This document shows positions 62,618-64,000 of a DNA stretch of 64,000 nt, piece after piece. The translations under genes were made by a program, and so were the position numbers. Numbering within the stretch: position 1 is the stretch's first letter; each line of letters opens with the position of its first letter. This stretch comes from Polyangia bacterium (lineage in GTDB: Bacteria > Myxococcota_A > Polyangia > Polyangiales > JAUICN01). A model generated the notes under the pieces. It worked only from the letters and a program-made list of their open reading frames with translations, did not search any database and was not told where the DNA came from. The DNA is taken from NCBI GenBank assembly GCA_030427835.1, contig JAUICN010000005.1, positions 130,496 through 194,495 of the forward strand, written 5' to 3'.

Positions 62618-64000
62618 TTGTACCGTCTAAGCAACATCGCTCTGGTTCGCGCAACCCTTTTGGGATGCATGTGCCTACTCGCAGCATGCAGTGCGCCTGA
62701 CGCAGCAAGCATCAAGCGCACCACAAATCAGGCGCCCACGTCCGTTCAGGTTTTGTACAGTCCGGAGCAGCTTGCTCAGGTTCAGAAGCTGCAGGAGGAA
62801 ATGCGGGATCCGAACTCCCTGTTCTACCAGAAGACAACGCAGCTCCATGCAACTGCAGCCGTGCACCACCAATACAGCAACCAACACTTTGCCGCCCCGG
62901 ACGCCACCCAAACCCAACCCGTGTTCATTCCAAGCGAGCTTTCCAGGGCATGCAAAAACCCGCTCACAGGAAAATGCACCGCGGCACGCCTGAAAGTGCA
63001 GTTCGGCATGGAGCACATCGATGCTGGTACCGTCGTCGCGTTGGAGTCTGCGTACAACATCACTCGAGCGGATGTCGGAGCCTTTGTGGGCGTCAGAGAG
63101 GCGAAGTCCTACGGGTATTCCCTGCCCAATATGCTCGCCAACGGCGACATGGTGAAACTGCTCAAGGAATACGAGGCGATCGTCACTCAACACAGCCAGG
63201 GAAAGCTGTACAACCAACCTTTGCTCGAGCAAACCGCACATCAACTCGCCATGATCGAACGGGGCGAATATCTCTTGGCCGACGCCCATTTCCACCTGCA
63301 CGCCATCGAAGAGCTTCTCGCCTTCCGATCCCGGGTGGATTCCGCGTGGTCCTGGCGCCACGTGTCTGCCGTGGGTGAGGCACTCTTGCTTGCAGGCTGG
63401 GTGTTGCCCTACCACCTGATCCTTTTCGAGGCCTTTACTTCCATCCCCCTGGGTGCCGCCATCACGGCTGGCACTCGACACGGATTGCACTTGATTTCCC
63501 TGGGTACCTCCAGGGTTGTTACCGCCGCAGGCCAGGTAGTCCAAAAGCAGGTCTACGCCACCCTCCGCTATCTCAAGAACACAGGTGTTGTACGTTTGCT
63601 CAACGGCACCGGGCGCCTTCGAATCGTATTCAATCCAGCCGCCCTCTCCCGCATCTATGTCGGCGTTCCTGGTTCGCCCCTTAGGTTCGTGGTCGATCAT
63701 GTCGCCGATGTTCAAGTGGGCCCCAGGGTGTTCACCGCACTATCCGCGTTGGATGATGTAGCCTTTCGCAGCTTTGACGAAGTTCTCCTGTGGTTGGAAA
63801 GCCAACTCGACAACACCGTTAAGGTACTGGGTACCGATCGCCGCATCGGCGCCGCCACCCTCCGCATCACGGACGATGGTGCCTTTCTCATCCTAGGTAG
63901 GGATGCTGCCGCTTCCGGTAAGATTCTGAGTTCCCTAGAATCCGCGGCACCCAAACTCAAGCTGGGAAAACCTATTGCCACCATACTTTCAAACGGTGCA
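62618..64000 (+). CDS. Lipoprotein, family B paralog 2, 3'-truncated by the window edge (not in the ORF track)
   Basis: The frame is open from the stop at 62591-93 to nt 64000. TTG 62618 gives MYRLSNIALVRATLLGCMCLLAAC. Shares SRACKNPLTGKC, AWSW and VYATLRYLKNTG blocks with 53584-55458. Confidence 0.65.
   Translation, partial: MYRLSNIALVRATLLGCMCLLAACSAPDAASIKRTTNQAPTSVQVLYSPEQLAQVQKLQEEMRDPNSLFYQKTTQLHATAAVHHQYSNQHFAAPDATQTQPVFIPSELSRACKNPLTGKCTAARLKVQFGMEHIDAGTVVALESAYNITRADVGAFVGVREAKSYGYSLPNMLANGDMVKLLKEYEAIVTQHSQGKLYNQPLLEQTAHQLAMIERGEYLLADAHFHLHAIEELLAFRSRVDSAWSWRHVSAVGEALLLAGWVLPYHLILFEAFTSIPLGAAITAGTRHGLHLISLGTSRVVTAAGQVVQKQVYATLRYLKNTGVVRLLNGTGRLRIVFNPAALSRIYVGVPGSPLRFVVDHVADVQVGPRVFTALSALDDVAFRSFDEVLLWLESQLDNTVKVLGTDRRIGAATLRITDDGAFLILGRDAAASGKILSSLESAAPKLKLGKPIATILSNGA

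Noticed and set aside
62675-63715. 346-aa minus-strand ORF listed in the ORF track
   Set aside because: It is the shadow of the plus-strand lipoprotein gene (62618 to beyond 64000), which has a signal peptide and a paralog in the window.

Overview
This is a high-GC bacterial chromosomal segment; GC was judged by eye, not computed. The gene style points to a Myxococcota/deltaproteobacterium-like organism: many lipoproteins, an FHA protein, Cys-rich secreted repeats and sigma-54-type promoters. That placement is inference only. I call about 47 protein-coding genes and saw no rRNA, tRNA or CRISPR array. Recognisable housekeeping genes are ald, Fe/Mn sod, trmL, a beta-oxidation pair (fused 3-hydroxyacyl-CoA dehydrogenase/enoyl-CoA hydratase plus thiolase), lpd, cysC, hemH, trpS, fbp, cysE, a cysQ-like gene, dnaK, serC, uvrB, trxB and gluQ. 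Accessory content includes a pair of ArsA/Get3-like ATPases, an HUH/Y1 (IS200/RAYT-like) transposase gene surrounded by a dispersed 11-12 nt motif, and a ParE/RelE-type toxin-antitoxin pair in a lower-GC islet. It also includes an FHA protein fused to a CpaF-like domain with a degenerate Walker A, two CPBP proteases and many orphan lipoproteins. The most interesting region is 53.5 kb to the window end. It holds five paralogous lipoprotein genes in two families, with a conserved N-terminal region and swapped C-terminal modules. One of them has protein-kinase-like motifs. The array is interrupted by a DEDDh exonuclease and a CPBP protease. Four of the five lipoprotein genes are directly preceded by a near-consensus sigma-54 -24/-12 element (the fifth by a weaker one), and the same promoter type precedes two other orphan lipoprotein loci at 10.7 kb and 43.0 kb. 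Many ORF-track starts are upstream over-extensions, and I re-derived starts from conserved N-termini, signal peptides and neighbouring genes. Two real genes run off the window edges, and the one at the right edge is absent from the ORF track. All homology statements come from motif recognition by eye; no database search was run.
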